Below are positions 48,809-61,679 of a stretch of DNA of 64,000 nt, one piece after another. Below the pieces are notes generated by a model, which had not been told where the DNA came from, did not search any database, and worked only from the letters and a program-made list of their open reading frames with translations. This DNA is from Hemiscyllium ocellatum (lineage: Eukaryota). A program made the translations under genes and the position numbers. Each line of letters starts with the position of its first letter. Position 1 is the stretch's first letter. The stretch is taken from contig NC_083445.1 of NCBI RefSeq assembly GCF_020745735.1, positions 2,108,001 through 2,172,000 on the forward strand, read 5' to 3'.

Positions 48809-49999
48809 GTCTCTTGCCACTTGTCAGCCCAAATTTGGATATTGTCCAGATCTTGTTGCAGATCTGGAGCCAGGGAACCAGCATGCTGAACAGTAGGGCG
48901 TACTGGTTGTTAATTCTCTTCCACTCTGATCCCAGCTATTGATGGAGCTAAAAATCTAGCTCTATATGATTCACAAAACAACCTGACAATGACTGGGCAT
49001 TGATATTAATTAGGTTCTTGTCATTGTCACCTAAATTCCAAAACAACAGATAACTGGACGTGCAATAATTGTTTCTATATGGCATGGGAAACACAATATG
49101 CTGTAATTGGAAACATGTCAAATGTAAGAACTAACAGGAAGCTGATTAAATCATTTATATAGGAGTGGTGATTGGCCCCCGCTGTGGGAAAATGTTCTTC
49201 TAAGTTTCTACAAAGAAGATTTTATGTCACTCTTTGTATCATTATATAATATTTCAACTCTCTCAGCACAGCTGACCTCTAAGACATGTTGCTACAGGTA
49301 CTGTTCATATTTCATGGAGTAAACTGATGTGTTAGTTTGTTGCAGTATATTTACACAAGGCAGCCTTAATTTAACAAATGGTAGTTTCGGTTGACAGTTC
49401 AAAAAAATTTTTATTGTGCAAATATGATAAAGCACATTGAGTGTGATTAACACAATTCAAATGCATATATGCAGTCTGACATCACAGTGTACACATAGCC
49501 ATCTAATGACATTCATCACAATTTGTATCATGACTTTATCAAAGCCCGCATGCCAGCCCTTCTATACTTTGTGAGCTCATCAATATGGTATACCGTCATC
49601 AGCACTGTGTACTGAACAATTAGAAATTCAAATAAAACCAAACTATGATGCTTGTGCAGAATTTTTAAATATCGCAGTTTTTAAAAAAAAATTCTTATTG
49701 CACTTGCACAAAAGGAAACAAGTGCAGGCAGAAGAAAGTGCAAGTGAATTTGATGAAAGCTTCAATTTCAAGGTTCTCATTACATGCGAATACTTTCATT
49801 AAGCTTCATTTATGATTTCCTAAATGTTCTTTTAATTACTAACAGATGGTTTTACAGCATCTTGGTCTATCAAATGCATTCTATAGATTTGGGAAGTGTT
49901 TATTGTCTCATGTATAAACAATTCCTCACCACCTTTATAACAAGACAAGAGAGTGCTCAATGAATTTCAGATCACCAGGAATCTTAGAAGAACAAAGGA

Positions 50000-50630
50000 A
50001 TCTCAGGGGTACTTGCCCATAGCTCCCTGAAAACAGCAGAGGTGATTAAGACACATGGGATATTTGCCTTTGTTAGTCATGGCATAGATTATAAGAGCAG
50101 GGAGGTTATGTTGAGGTTGCAGAGATCTTTGGTTAGGCTAAGTGCAATTTTGCTCACCACACTATAGGAAGAATGTGATTGCACTGGAGGGGGTGTAGAG
50201 GTGATTCACCAGAAGGCTACCTTGGTTGGAAGAGGTTAGCAATGTAGAAAGTCTGAATAAGCTCAGGTTGTTTTCTTTGGAGCAGAGCTGGCTCAGGAAG
50301 GATTTGATTTGAGGAGGTGTATAAAATTGAGAGTGAAGTGGAAGCAGCTATTACCCTTAGTTGAGGTAGTACCAAGGGAGCATTATTTTAAGGTGAAGGG
50401 CAAAGGATTTAGAGGGTTTTGAGCAAAATGGTTGGCATCTGGAATGTCCTGCCTAGGAGGATGGTCAAAACGGGAAACCTCATAACTTTTAAAAGTACTT
50501 GGATGAGAACTTGAAATGTCATAACATTCAAGGCGATGGACCAAATGCTGGGAAGTAGGATTAGTGTCGATACGGCAGCACAGACACAATGGGACAAAGA
50601 GCATCTTCTCTGCAGGATGATTCTATGACT
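50000..50630 (+). mobile_element. Degraded CR1 3' fragment
   Basis: Resembles the CR1 RT C-terminus and 3' UTR and ends ATTCTATGAC. Confidence 0.75.
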
Positions 50631-50714
50631 TTGGAAGCCTGGACTTTGAATCCTTCGATGAATTCAGGCATTAAGCTGAAGATTTTCCAGTAGTTGATAA
50701 ATCCACATTCATAT

Positions 50715-51740
50715 AGGAAGAGAGGGGTAGAGCGCGAGAACGAGGGAAGGAGAGAGATTGAGAGTGAGGGAAGAGGAGAAAGCTATGGAGGGCAAGGGGA
50801 GAGAGAGGGAGAGGATAAGGGAGGCAGGGACTAAGAGGGTGGAAGGATGGACAGAGAGTGTGATGGAGGGTCATGTCCCCAAAACTAACTCTCCTTTCCT
50901 CAATCCTGTTCCCTTTTTCTAAACGTAATCTCCCTTGCTCCATCATCATGGTCATCTCTCCCCAACACTGTTCCCTCTCTCAACATCAGCATCTTCCTCT
51001 CTCCATCTCTGCCCTCCCTCTCCCTAACATTATAGTTCCTTCTTCCAAGCACAATACCACATTCTCCCAATTACCATCTCATTCCTCACCATCACCATCT
51101 CATTCATCTCATCAGCACACTGTCATTATCTCCCTATCATCATCTCTCTCCCCCCGACACAGTGTCATTCTCTGCCCATCACCATCCTATTTCTCTCTCC
51201 AAGACTGTTTCATGTTCTCACCAGCACTGCCCAGCTCTCTGCTCATCACCAATCCTTCTCATCGTCATCATAGTCTCCTCACAAACACCAACCACACTCA
51301 TCTTAACTAATCCTCTCTCGCCATTAGTAACATTCTGATCCCATCATTGCCTCCTCTCCCCACCATCATCCCACACTAACCACCACTGTCACTCTCTTTC
51401 TATCACTCACCATTCCCACCAACACTGTCGCTCACATTGCATCACTGAGCCTCACTCACTATCACCATTCCCCACTCCTCTCAAGTACGTGATCCTAATT
51501 TATCTCCATCTCCTCTCTCAGGCTCACTCTCACCCATTCCCTCCCCTCTCAATCCTCTTGCCCTTTCCGCTCAACCTCTCTCCCCTGTCCTCCAAAAACC
51601 AACTCCATCCCCCAAAACACTCACTTCCTCTCCCCTCCCTTACTGTTCTGCCCCCACTTCTCTCTCCCCTAATTCTTGAGCTCCAAAAATCTCCCACGTC
51701 CCCGACAAAACCTTCCTCATGCTCTCTCCCATGAACCTCG
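50715..51740. repeat. Low-complexity tract: GA-rich then CT/CA-rich
   Basis: About 160 bp purine-rich, switching near 50880 to about 860 bp pyrimidine-rich, with no clean period. Confidence 0.75.
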
Positions 51741-51752
51741 TGCTACACTTGA

Positions 51753-52088
51753 CTCATAGAATCCCTACAGTGTAGAAGCAGGCCATTTGGCCCATTCAGT
51801 CCACACACACCCCCTTTGAAGAGCATCCCACCCAGACTCACCCCCACCCCCAGCTAATCCCTGTAATTCTGCACTAAACCTGGCTAAGTCACCTAGCCAA
51901 CACATCCCTCGACACTATGGGCAATTTAGCACAGTCAATCCACCTAACCTGCACACCTTCAGACTGTGGGAGGAAATCCACACAGACATGGGGAGAATTT
52001 GCAAATTTCACACCGACAGTTGCCCAGGCTGGAAGTGAATCCAGGTCCCTGGCACTGTGAGGCAGCAGTACTAACACTGAACCACTGC
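51753..52088 (-). mobile_element. HE1-type V-SINE (older copy)
   Basis: Reverse complement contains the head and V-domain and ends TTCTATGA. Confidence 0.9.
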
Positions 52089-52106
52089 CTCACTCTCCCT
52101 TTCCAT

Positions 52107-52410
52107 CACGGTGGCACAGTGGTTAGCACTGCTGCCTCACAGCGCCAGAGACTTGGGTTCAATTCCCGACTCAGGCGACTGACTGTGTGGAGTTTGCACA
52201 TTCTCCCCGTGTCTGCGTGGGTTTCCTCCGGGTGCTCTGGTTTCCTCCCACAGTCCAAAGATGTGCAGGTCAGGTGAATTGGCCATGCTAAATTACCCGT
52301 AGTGTTAGGTAAAAGGGGTAAATTTAGGGGAATGGGTGAGTTGCGCTTCGGCGGGTCGGGTGTGGACTTGTTGGGCCGAAGGGCCTGTTTCCACACTGTA
52401 AGTAATCTAA
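52107..52410 (+). mobile_element. HE1-type V-SINE (young copy)
   Basis: CACGGTGGCACAGTGGTTAGC...GGTTCAATTCCCG (A/B boxes), V-domain and AATCTAA tail. Confidence 0.95.
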
Positions 52411-53698
52411 AACCTTGCCTTACAAGCTTTCCAAACTGAAGTAGGAGTGGATTTGTGAACTGGGAGCATGGAACAACACGCTAGGACTCACATCTGACTT
52501 CTACCCACTACTAACAGCATCTTGATCACCACACATATCATGCTTTGTTTAATGGCAGGGTTTATCACAAATGCAGAATCTGAGAGGAAGGGCAAGGCAT
52601 GTGGTCCATAATCTCAGCAGATATGGTCCAACTGAATCAAAATTGAAATAAAAATTTCTATCAATTCCTATAGGCATGACTTTTAAAATATTTTTAATTC
52701 AAACTCCTTATTAGACGAATTGTCTTTTAATTTGACTTAACCTTGAAATATTGACATAATGTAATCATCCAGCATCAACACAAATTCTCTCTTGCATGTA
52801 CCTATACAGACAAGCAGAAAATAAGAAGTCGACACATACAGAGAAGCATATGGTCAGAGGTGCACAGACAGAAATACTTACTAACCAGAGAAAATAGGAA
52901 CATAGAATTACTGCAGCAATCCTTTTAGAGGTCATAACTGCATCTTGATGCTAGTATCTCAGGGTCATGATTCATGAGAGGTGATAAAACCCAACCCTTC
53001 CGGTAGCTATTTAGATGCAGTAGAACTGCAAAACAGATTTTAATGCCATGCAACACTTGCTAGTTAATAGCTCACAGCAAATTCAATATCTAAAAATAAG
53101 CCAAGATGTAAACAATTACTTTTGTACATTTCTAAATAAATCTTAACCAACAGAGAACGTTCTGACATTATGCTATGCTCTAGCAAAGTTCTTCGGTATT
53201 CAGTGTCACCTTCTGCTGCAAAGCTATTCCAAACCACAAAAAGAAAATTGCATCTGATAGGGAAGCACCAACCACCTAGCTTTACTTTTAAGTATGTAGG
53301 AAGACAACCTACCTTCTGTACTAAATGGCACTGCCAACATGTATCCCTAATTTCAGTACTTCAAATATGGTTTTGTAGCTGGGGCTGAAGGGAAAAGGCA
53401 AAGCTTGCTTCAATAACCTTAAATCAATCACGCCTCAGAATTTAGCTTTTAACTCAGGTTTGCAATTATTCAGTTCCATTATATTAATCCTACAGCAACA
53501 CCAAATGAACACATTTTTTTTTCACTGGAACGGGTGTTGATTGCATCCATCAGTGTTGTGATCTGCTCTAAGGGCTGAATCTTGCTATGAGTTCTTTTAG
53601 GTTAAGCAAGTGTTAGCCATTTGTTAATTAATTTGGACATATCTACAGCCTCAAATTGAAACAAGCAACAAAACAAATGTTAAACATGAAATATTTAC

Positions 53699-53975
53699 TG
53701 TAGTGATTGGAACCAAGTGGATCTTATTGACTATGAGATCCTTGATTTGGGTTTTTAACTGGGTCAATCAGGGAGCCCTGGCTGACAGATATAAACAGGG
53801 AATTCAGAGTCTCCGGACTGACACAAAGCTGGCTGGCCACAGCCAGTGTACAAGAAAAAGAATAAACTGGAGATTCAAAGTCTCCTGAATTCAGGGACTG
53901 ACTCCGAGCTGGCTGTGCATATATAAATAAAGTGTGACTTGGTGCTGGGATACCGGCCTCTGTGCAGTTATTTCA
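53699..53975 (+). mobile_element. Solo LTR (internally deleted)
   Basis: TGTAGTGA...TTATTTCA with internal AATAAA, flanked by TTTAC and TTTGC (5-bp TSD, one mismatch). Homologous to 62962-63553. Confidence 0.75.
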
Positions 53976-56289
53976 TTTGCATGTGCATGACTACTATAAA
54001 TGGAAGCAGTAGACCATGCTCTGTCAAGTCTGTTCTGCCATTCAAAATACATTTTCTATTCAGTGGTAATCAAACAGTTAAAAATTCTATTTCTAAAGAT
54101 GTTGCAAAACACTGTGGAAAGTTGAAAAAGTTTAAACCCTCATGGTTTTGATAGTCATGATGATAAGAAGATTGAAAACGAAAAGCTGAAAACCAAATTT
54201 TGGAAACACCCATTGTGTTCACCACAAAGTCCTGTGATAAGAAGTTATATGTTTACACCCCTAAAATATAAAAATAATGCTACAGCTCCAACAATTTAAT
54301 GCAAGGAGCATTAGGCTCCAAACTTCTACTTTTCTTAGAATCATATGAGACAGGAGGTCATTTGGCCCATCACAAATATGCCTGCTCTTTGCACTAGCTA
54401 CACAGTTGATATAACAGACTTAGGCTCATGGTAAGTCACCAGACGCAAATGGATCGAGGCTAACTCTAGTGAAAGGATCATTTGTGTGCCAGTTCAGTGG
54501 ATGACAAACTTATAGATCAGGACTCAAATGGAAAATTTAACCTGATAGTATACAGGAGAATGCTGACAGGCATGCACAAGGGGATCCTTGTTTAATTAGC
54601 AGGCGTGCCACAGAGCATCTTGTCACAACCAAGGAACATGGAGGAATCTGGTTTACAAGGTTTCACTTGTCACTTTAAGCTCAGTGTTTCCAGTGCAGAA
54701 GTGGAGAAATTTCAAGGCAACATCGATGTAACCTCACCTGGTTGTCAATATCTCAATTTACAGTGCAGTACATACAGAAGCCAACTAATATTGCATTGCT
54801 GCGGTGGAAATTCAGATTGATTTTGCAATATAAATTTGGCTTAATGCAATGCAGGTTCAGACTGCTGATCTCATAGCTGCAGATAGAAATGTTCAAAGGG
54901 CCATTCAAGTTGTCGCAACAGACAAGCAATTGTCTCTCTAACAGATTACTTGAATTGCTGAAGGCACAGCCCCAGCAGTATTCCTGAGGCTCAGTGGTGC
55001 ACCTACCTGCTGTTCTTTCTCAACATAACACCACATATCTCAAACACTGTCACTTTCAGCCAGACAACCCAGGTGGCTGGCACCCATGCAATGATGGAAG
55101 CCAATCCTGAGATCCATATCCATTTGAGATCTTCTTGGAAGATTATCTACCGTCTCATCTAGTGAAAGCCATACTGCAGCAATTAGGAAACCAATACCCA
55201 GGAGCACAAGACAGGCAAAGGCATATAGAAGATTGGCACTGAGGAATTAGATGAAGTTCAGTTAGAATAAAATAGAATTTCCTTTCTTGTCACAGAAGTA
55301 CAGGAGTGCAATGAAAAGTGTTTATAATGGCTGCCTTTAATGATGCCACCTTAGGTACAAGTACCTTGGCACAAATCTTACAGAGTGAAAAGAATAATGT
55401 TACAGAGCAAAAAAGAATATAGACTAGCATGAAACAATGAAAAAGTCCAAAATGATAATAAGTGATCATAAGGACTTAAGTTCCGGTCTGTGCCTGCAGG
55501 CATGAGAACATAAGGCCATGCTGCCTACACGTGCTGGCCTCATCCAGAATTAGTTCTGCCACTCCTCTGGGAATCGCCTGTGTTCACTCCATCACGGGAC
55601 ACGGCCCACCTGCTTCGCTCTGCCAAGTGACATGGCCCACTTGTTCCATTCCACTGTGGAACATGACCCATTCACTCTGCTCTTCAACTCCATTCTCCAG
55701 GTAGGGCAAGGGGGAAAAGAAAAGTTATAAAGAGGAAAAAAAAGGGAAAGAGAAAGAGACTGGCGAGCAAAGGAGCTCTGACCAGAGCATTTTATTCTGC
55801 CTCCATTTTGAAAGAGTTTTTGGCTTGTTTTTGGAGGTTGGTTAAATCTATTACGATTTTTTTGATACATGTATCTTATTTCAGGATATTTGTCAACAGG
55901 ATCCGGAGATCACACATGGCAGGTGTATAGAAAGGTCAGGAATTTTTGAGCATCATGGTGACATCTGAGGAATTAGAGTTTCTGTATTCCCTCTAATGGA
56001 CAACTCAATAGAGGCAAATTAAACCTGGTTGCTTTCTTCCTTTCTCCTCTCAAGATAGCTTTGGAAAGCTTATTTATTAGGAGTTGAGGATGTAGCAGAT
56101 CATCCTGAAGTTGCTAATTCTGCTATCTAATCTGGAAGTGTCCACTTGCACAGATATTTAGGGAACTGGTGATCTATGATTATTGGCATTGCCTGACCTA
56201 AACTGATGGTGACTGAAAGTTGAGTAACCACCTCTTTGATCAAACACAGGTGCTGAGCACACCAATCCTGATTGAGTTGGGAGTAGAAT

Positions 56290-56420
56290 AGTTTCATGAA
56301 GACTGGCTTTTGCCCAAAACGTCGATTTCGCTGCTCGTTGGATGCTGCCTGAACTGCTGTGCTCTTCCAGCACCACTGATCCTGAATCTGGTTTCCAGCA
56401 TCATGCAGTCATTGTTTTTA
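56290..56420 (+). mobile_element. PLE terminus starting at a degenerate hammerhead
   Basis: TTCATGAAGACTGGCTTTTGCCCAAAACGTCGATTTCGCTGCTCGTTGGATGCTGCC. Confidence 0.7.
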
Positions 56421-57102
56421 CCTCTAAGTGTATAAGGTCCAGTAGTGAAAACCTTTCATTTCCTTCCATGGCATACAGCTTTGCCTCTCTGCTCCACTTC
56501 ATGTAACAAACAGCAATTACAAACAGCTATACTGAGGCGGGTTTTCTCCTGTCAGTTCTTACAACTCTATTGACCTCCTTGTCAGAATCCTCACTACACC
56601 ACTATAAAGCCAGCAACATTCAACACAATTATTCCAATAATTCAGCACCAGCAAAGGAAGGTCAAAGCCTGCATGAATGTTGCATGAGTAGTCTTGTGTA
56701 ACTTAATGTTAAGTGGTAATGCTCCTACTTTGGACTAGGAGGCTCAGGATTCGGTCCCACCTTCTCTAGAGGTGTGTTATAGCATGTCTGAACAGTTGAT
56801 GATAAAATATAATTTGAACCGGTGTAACTCAAAGTGGCGGCTTAAGAGACTTTTTGACATGATGATTTGCCCACTGTACATTGTTCTGGCATTTGCATAG
56901 CTTGTCTGTGCAAGCATCTTTACAGTCCAGGCAGGTCATTCAGGAGTAGCCGGATAGATCTTACGATTTTGGACTTCCTAGCATTAGCATGAACAGAACT
57001 AAGAAGGCATGTTTCATCATCAGCAATTACTCTTTGGTTTATTAAAGGCACAATCCTGCTCTTTAGAAACAGGATATTGCATTACGTATTAGATTACCAT
57101 TG

Positions 57103-58145
57103 AGTCATACAGCATGGAATAGATCCTTCAGTCCAACTTGTCTATGCTGAGCACGTTTCCCAAATTACACTGATCCCACTTGTCTGCCATATCCATCCAG
57201 ACCTTTCCCATTCGTGTACCTCTCCAAATGTCTTTTAAATGTTTTAACTGTACCTGCATCTCCCACTTCCTCTGGCAGTTCATTCCAAATATGAGCCACC
57301 ATCTGTGTGAAAATGTTGCCCCTCAAGTCCCTTCTAAATCTTTCTCCTCCCACTTTAAAACTATACCCTCGAGTTTGAACTTCCCCTACCCTCGGGAAAA
57401 GTCGTTGCGATTCACCTTAAACAAGTCTCACAGATTATATCAATCTCTATAAGGTCACTCCTCAACCTCCTACGCTGCAGTGAAAAAAGTCACAAACTAT
57501 CCAGCCTATTCTTATAACTCAAATCCTCCAGTTTCGGCAACATCTTGATAAATCTTTTCTGAATCCTCTCTAATTTAATAGTATCCTTCCTATAGCAGAG
57601 TGACCAGAACTTTACACAGTTTTCCTAACAAGGCTTCACTCACATCCTGTACAATCTCATCATGACGTCCCCACTCCTATACTCAATAATCTAAGCAATG
57701 TAGGTAAGTGTGCTAAATATCTTCTTAAATACCTGTGTCATAACTTTCAAAGAACTATATATCTGAACCCCTAAGTCTCTGTTCTACAACACCACCCAGG
57801 GCTCTACCATTAACTGCTCTTGTTCGCTTCACTAAAATGCAATGCCTTACATTTATCCAAATTAAATTCCATCTGCCATTCCTCAGTCCAATGACCCAAT
57901 CAATTAAATCTCTTTATAATTTTAAATAACCTTCTAACTGACCACTATACCACAAACTTTGGTGTCATCACCAAATTTACTAACCATGTCACCTAAATTG
58001 TCATTTAAATCATTTATATTAATGACAACCAATAATGGACCCAGCACCAATCCCTGCAGCACATTCCAGTCCAAAAAACAACTCTCCACTGCCCTCTGTC
58101 TCCTCATATCAAGCCAATTTTGTATCCAATTAACATGCTCTCCCT
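57103..58145 (-). mobile_element. CR1 3' fragment
   Basis: Minus ORF 57165-57353 reads FTQMVAHIWNELPEEV..FKRHLERY. Confidence 0.85.
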
Positions 58146-58429
58146 GTGCATATAAAGTAGTATGCTACAATAATTGTGAATGGTCCCATGAATGATAGAA
58201 ACATAGAAACTAGAAGCAGGAGTTGGTCATTCAGCTGTATAATCCTACTCCAACAATCAACACAATATTGATTAATCGTCTACCTCAAACTCTCCATATC
58301 CCTTGATACCTAAAAAGTCCCTTTTTAAAGATAGTTTCTTAAACTGGCTTCATAAGAAGATTGACAAAGCAGACATAGAAACAATGTTTCCTTAGGTTGG
58401 GCAATTTAGAAAGAGAGGTCATAGTTCTA

Positions 58430-61400
58430 GGACCGAGAGGTGCGAGATTTGCCGAGAGGTGCGAGGGAGGAGCGAAGGACTTCTGGGAAGGTGAGTCTAA
58501 CGGTTTAAAAACCTTAGTTCAGGCGTCGGGGCCTCCATTTGCCAAGAGGGGAGAGGGAGGAGTGAAGGACTCCTGGGTAGTTTTTAAGTGGGTGAGATCT
58601 AAACCCGAGACTCAACACCGTAGGGCCTCCCTCCCACCCACCTCCTCTAACCTTACTAAGAGTCTGTAAACTAGGTAAGTTTTCAGGTTTCTCTTTTTTT
58701 CTTCTTCTCTTCCTTTGTTTAGTTCTGTGCTGGCTTTCAGAGTAGCGGGATATGGATGTCAGGGCAGTTGCGTGTTTCTCCTGCAGAATGCGGCAGGTGA
58801 GAGACACTTCACACGTCTCTGTCGACTACATCTGCAGGAAGTGCACCCAACTCCAGCTCCTCAAAAACCGAGTTAAGGAACTGGAGCTGGAGCTGGATCA
58901 CTTACGGATCATCTGGGAGGCTGAGGGGGAAATTGACAGGATGCACAGGGAGGTGATCACTCCCCAGACACAGGATAAGGACAGCTGAGTTACTGTCAGG
59001 GGGAGGAAATGGAACCAACAGTCAGAGCAGGGATCCCCTGTGGCCATTCCCCTCAGCAATAAGTAGGCCGTTTTAGATAATGCTGGTGGGGACAGCCTAA
59101 CAGGGGAAAGCCATAGTTGTCAGGTCTCTGGCACTGAGGCTCAGATGGGAAAGTGGGGGGCGGGGGGAGTGGAAAAGCTCTAGTGGTAGGGGACTCAATA
59201 GTTAGACAGATTGACAGGAGATTTTGTGGTCCTGGAAGGTATGTTGCCTCCCTGGTGTCAGGGTCTGGGATGTCGCCAATCAGGTTTACAAGATTGTGAA
59301 GGGGGAGGGTGATCAGCGAGAAATTGTGGTACATATTAGCACCAATGATACAGCGAGGAAAGGAATTGACGATCTGAAAAGTGACTACAGAGAGTTAGGT
59401 TGGAAGCTGAAGAGCAGGACAAGTAGAGTAGTGAGCTCAGGTTTGTTACCGGTGCCACGAGATAGTGAGATGATGAACAGTCAGCGAATTCAGCTTAACA
59501 TGTGGCTGCGAGGCTGGTGCAGGAGGGAGGGCTTCAGATACCTAGACCATTGGGATACCTTCTGGGGAAGGTGAGACCTGTACATGAAGGATGGGTTGCA
59601 CCTGAACTGGAGGGGTACAAATGTCCTGGGTGGGAGATTTGCTTGTGTGATTCGGGAGGGTTTAAACTAGTTTGGCAAGGGGGGGGAGGGAATCAGAACC
59701 ATTTGCCTGAGAGGAGGTCAGTTGCAGACAGGACAGTGACAGGATATATTGAATTTATCAGGAAGCTTTCTCACGTGATGAAACAAAGGGATCGGTTAAT
59801 GTGTGTCTGCTTTAAGGAATGTCTGGGATAAGAGTGTTAAACTTAGAGCACGGATCAGTACTTGGGGCTACGATATTGTGGCCATAATGGAGACGTGGGT
59901 TTCGTAGGGGCAAGGATGGTTGCTTGATGTTCCAGGGTTTAGAACATTTAAAAAGAAGAGGGAGGTTGGAAAAAGAGGAGGGGGTGTAGCATTGCTAATC
60001 AGAGAATACATCACAGCTACAGAAACGAAGGTTGTTGAGGAAGGTTTGTCTACTGAGTCAGTATGGGTGGAGGTTACAAACAACAAGGGAACAGCCACTG
60101 CCTTGGGGGGTTTTCTACAGACCACCTAATAGCAGTAGAGAGGTTGAAGATGTCATAGGCGGGCAGATTCTGGAAAAATGCAAACGTAGCAGGGTTGTTG
60201 TTTTGGGTGATTTCAACTTTCCCAATATTGACTGGAACCTCTTAAGTGCAGATAGTTGGATGGAGCTGCTTTTGTCAGGTGTGTTCAGGAGGGTTTCCTT
60301 ACTCAGTATATGGACAGACCGATGAGGGGAGAGGCCATTTTAGATTTGGTGCTCGGCAACGAGCCAGGACAGGTGTCAGATCTCGCAGTGGGAGAACACT
60401 TTGATAAAAGTGATCACAACTGCCTCACATTTAGCATAGCCTTGGAAGGTGAAAGGTGCAGTTGCCAAGGGAAGATATTTAATTGGGGAAAAGGAAATTA
60501 TGATGCTATCAGACAGGAGTTAAGAAGTACAGACTGGGAGCAATTGTTCCACAGAAAGGGCACAGCAGACTATTTAAGGAGCAGTTGTTGCGAGTGATGC
60601 ATGAATTTGTTCCTCTGAGATAGGTAAGAAAGGGTAAGATTAAGGAACCTTGGATGTCAAGAACAGACGAACTTCTCATCAAAAGGAAGAAGACAGCTTA
60701 CGTAAGGTGGAGGAAGCAAGGATCCAGCACAGCGCGAGAGGATTACAGGCTTTGCTAGAAAGGAGCTCAGAAATGGACTGAGGAGAGCCAGGAGGGGGCA
60801 CGAAAAAGGCTTGGCAAGAAGGATTAGAGAGAACCCAAAGGCGTTCTCATATGTGATGAAAAAGAGAATGATCTGGGAGAAGGTAGGGCCGATCAGGGAT
60901 AGCAGAGAGAACGTGTACGTGGAGTCTGAGCAGATAGGGGAAGCCCTAAATGAGTTTTTTGCTTTGGTATTCACCAAGGAAAGGGAACTTGTTGTAATGA
61001 AAACTTAGAGGAGCTGGGATACAGCCTTGATCAGATCAAGGTTGATGAAGATGACGTGCTGGAAATTTTGGAAAACATTAAGATTGATAAGTCCCCAGGG
61101 CCAGACCGATTTCTCCTACGCTGCTCCAGGAAGCGAGAAAGGAGATTGCTAAACCGCTGACAAGGATGTTTGCCTCCTCACTCTTTACCGGAGGATTGAA
61201 AGAAGGCAAATGTTGTTCCACTTTTCAAGAAGGGTAATAGGGAAATCCCTGGCAATTACAGAACAGTCAATCTCACGTCTGTGGTCAGCAAAGTTGTGGA
61301 AAGAATTCTGAGGGATAGGATTTATGACTATTTGGCAAAGCATAGTGTGATTAAAAGCAGTCAGCATGGCTTTGTAAGGGGCAGGTCATGCCTCACAAAT

Positions 61401-61665
61401 CTTATTGAGTTCTTTGAGGAGGTGTCAAGACAGGTCGACAAAGGTCGAGCAGTGGATGTGATGTATATGGATTTCAGCAAGGCATTTGATAAGTTCCCCA
61501 TGGTAGGCTCATTCATAAAGTCAGGAGGTATGGGATACAGGGAGATTTGGCTATCTGGATTCAGAATTGGCTGGCTGACAGAAGGCAGAGAGTGGTTGTA
61601 GATGTAAAGTATTCTGCCTGGAAGACAGTGGTGAGTAGGGTCCCGTAGGGCTCTGTTCTTGGCCT
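58430..61665 (+). mobile_element. 5'-intact, 3'-truncated CR1 LINE
   Basis: ORF1 starts at ATG 58752 (CFSC..CRKC finger, zipper, esterase GDSIV, HISTND, DGLH). ORF2 has APE and RT motifs up to the GVP*GSVLG remnant at about 61640. Confidence 0.9.
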
Positions 61666-61679
61666 CTGCTCTTTGCGTG

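Noticed and set aside
1-52410. tRNA genes suggested by A/B-box sequences
   Set aside because: All are heads of SINEs followed by the V-domain or another SINE body; I saw no standalone cloverleaf.
6100-61665. An autonomous, still-active LINE or PLE
   Set aside because: Every CR1, L1 and PLE copy inspected has frameshifts, stops or truncation.
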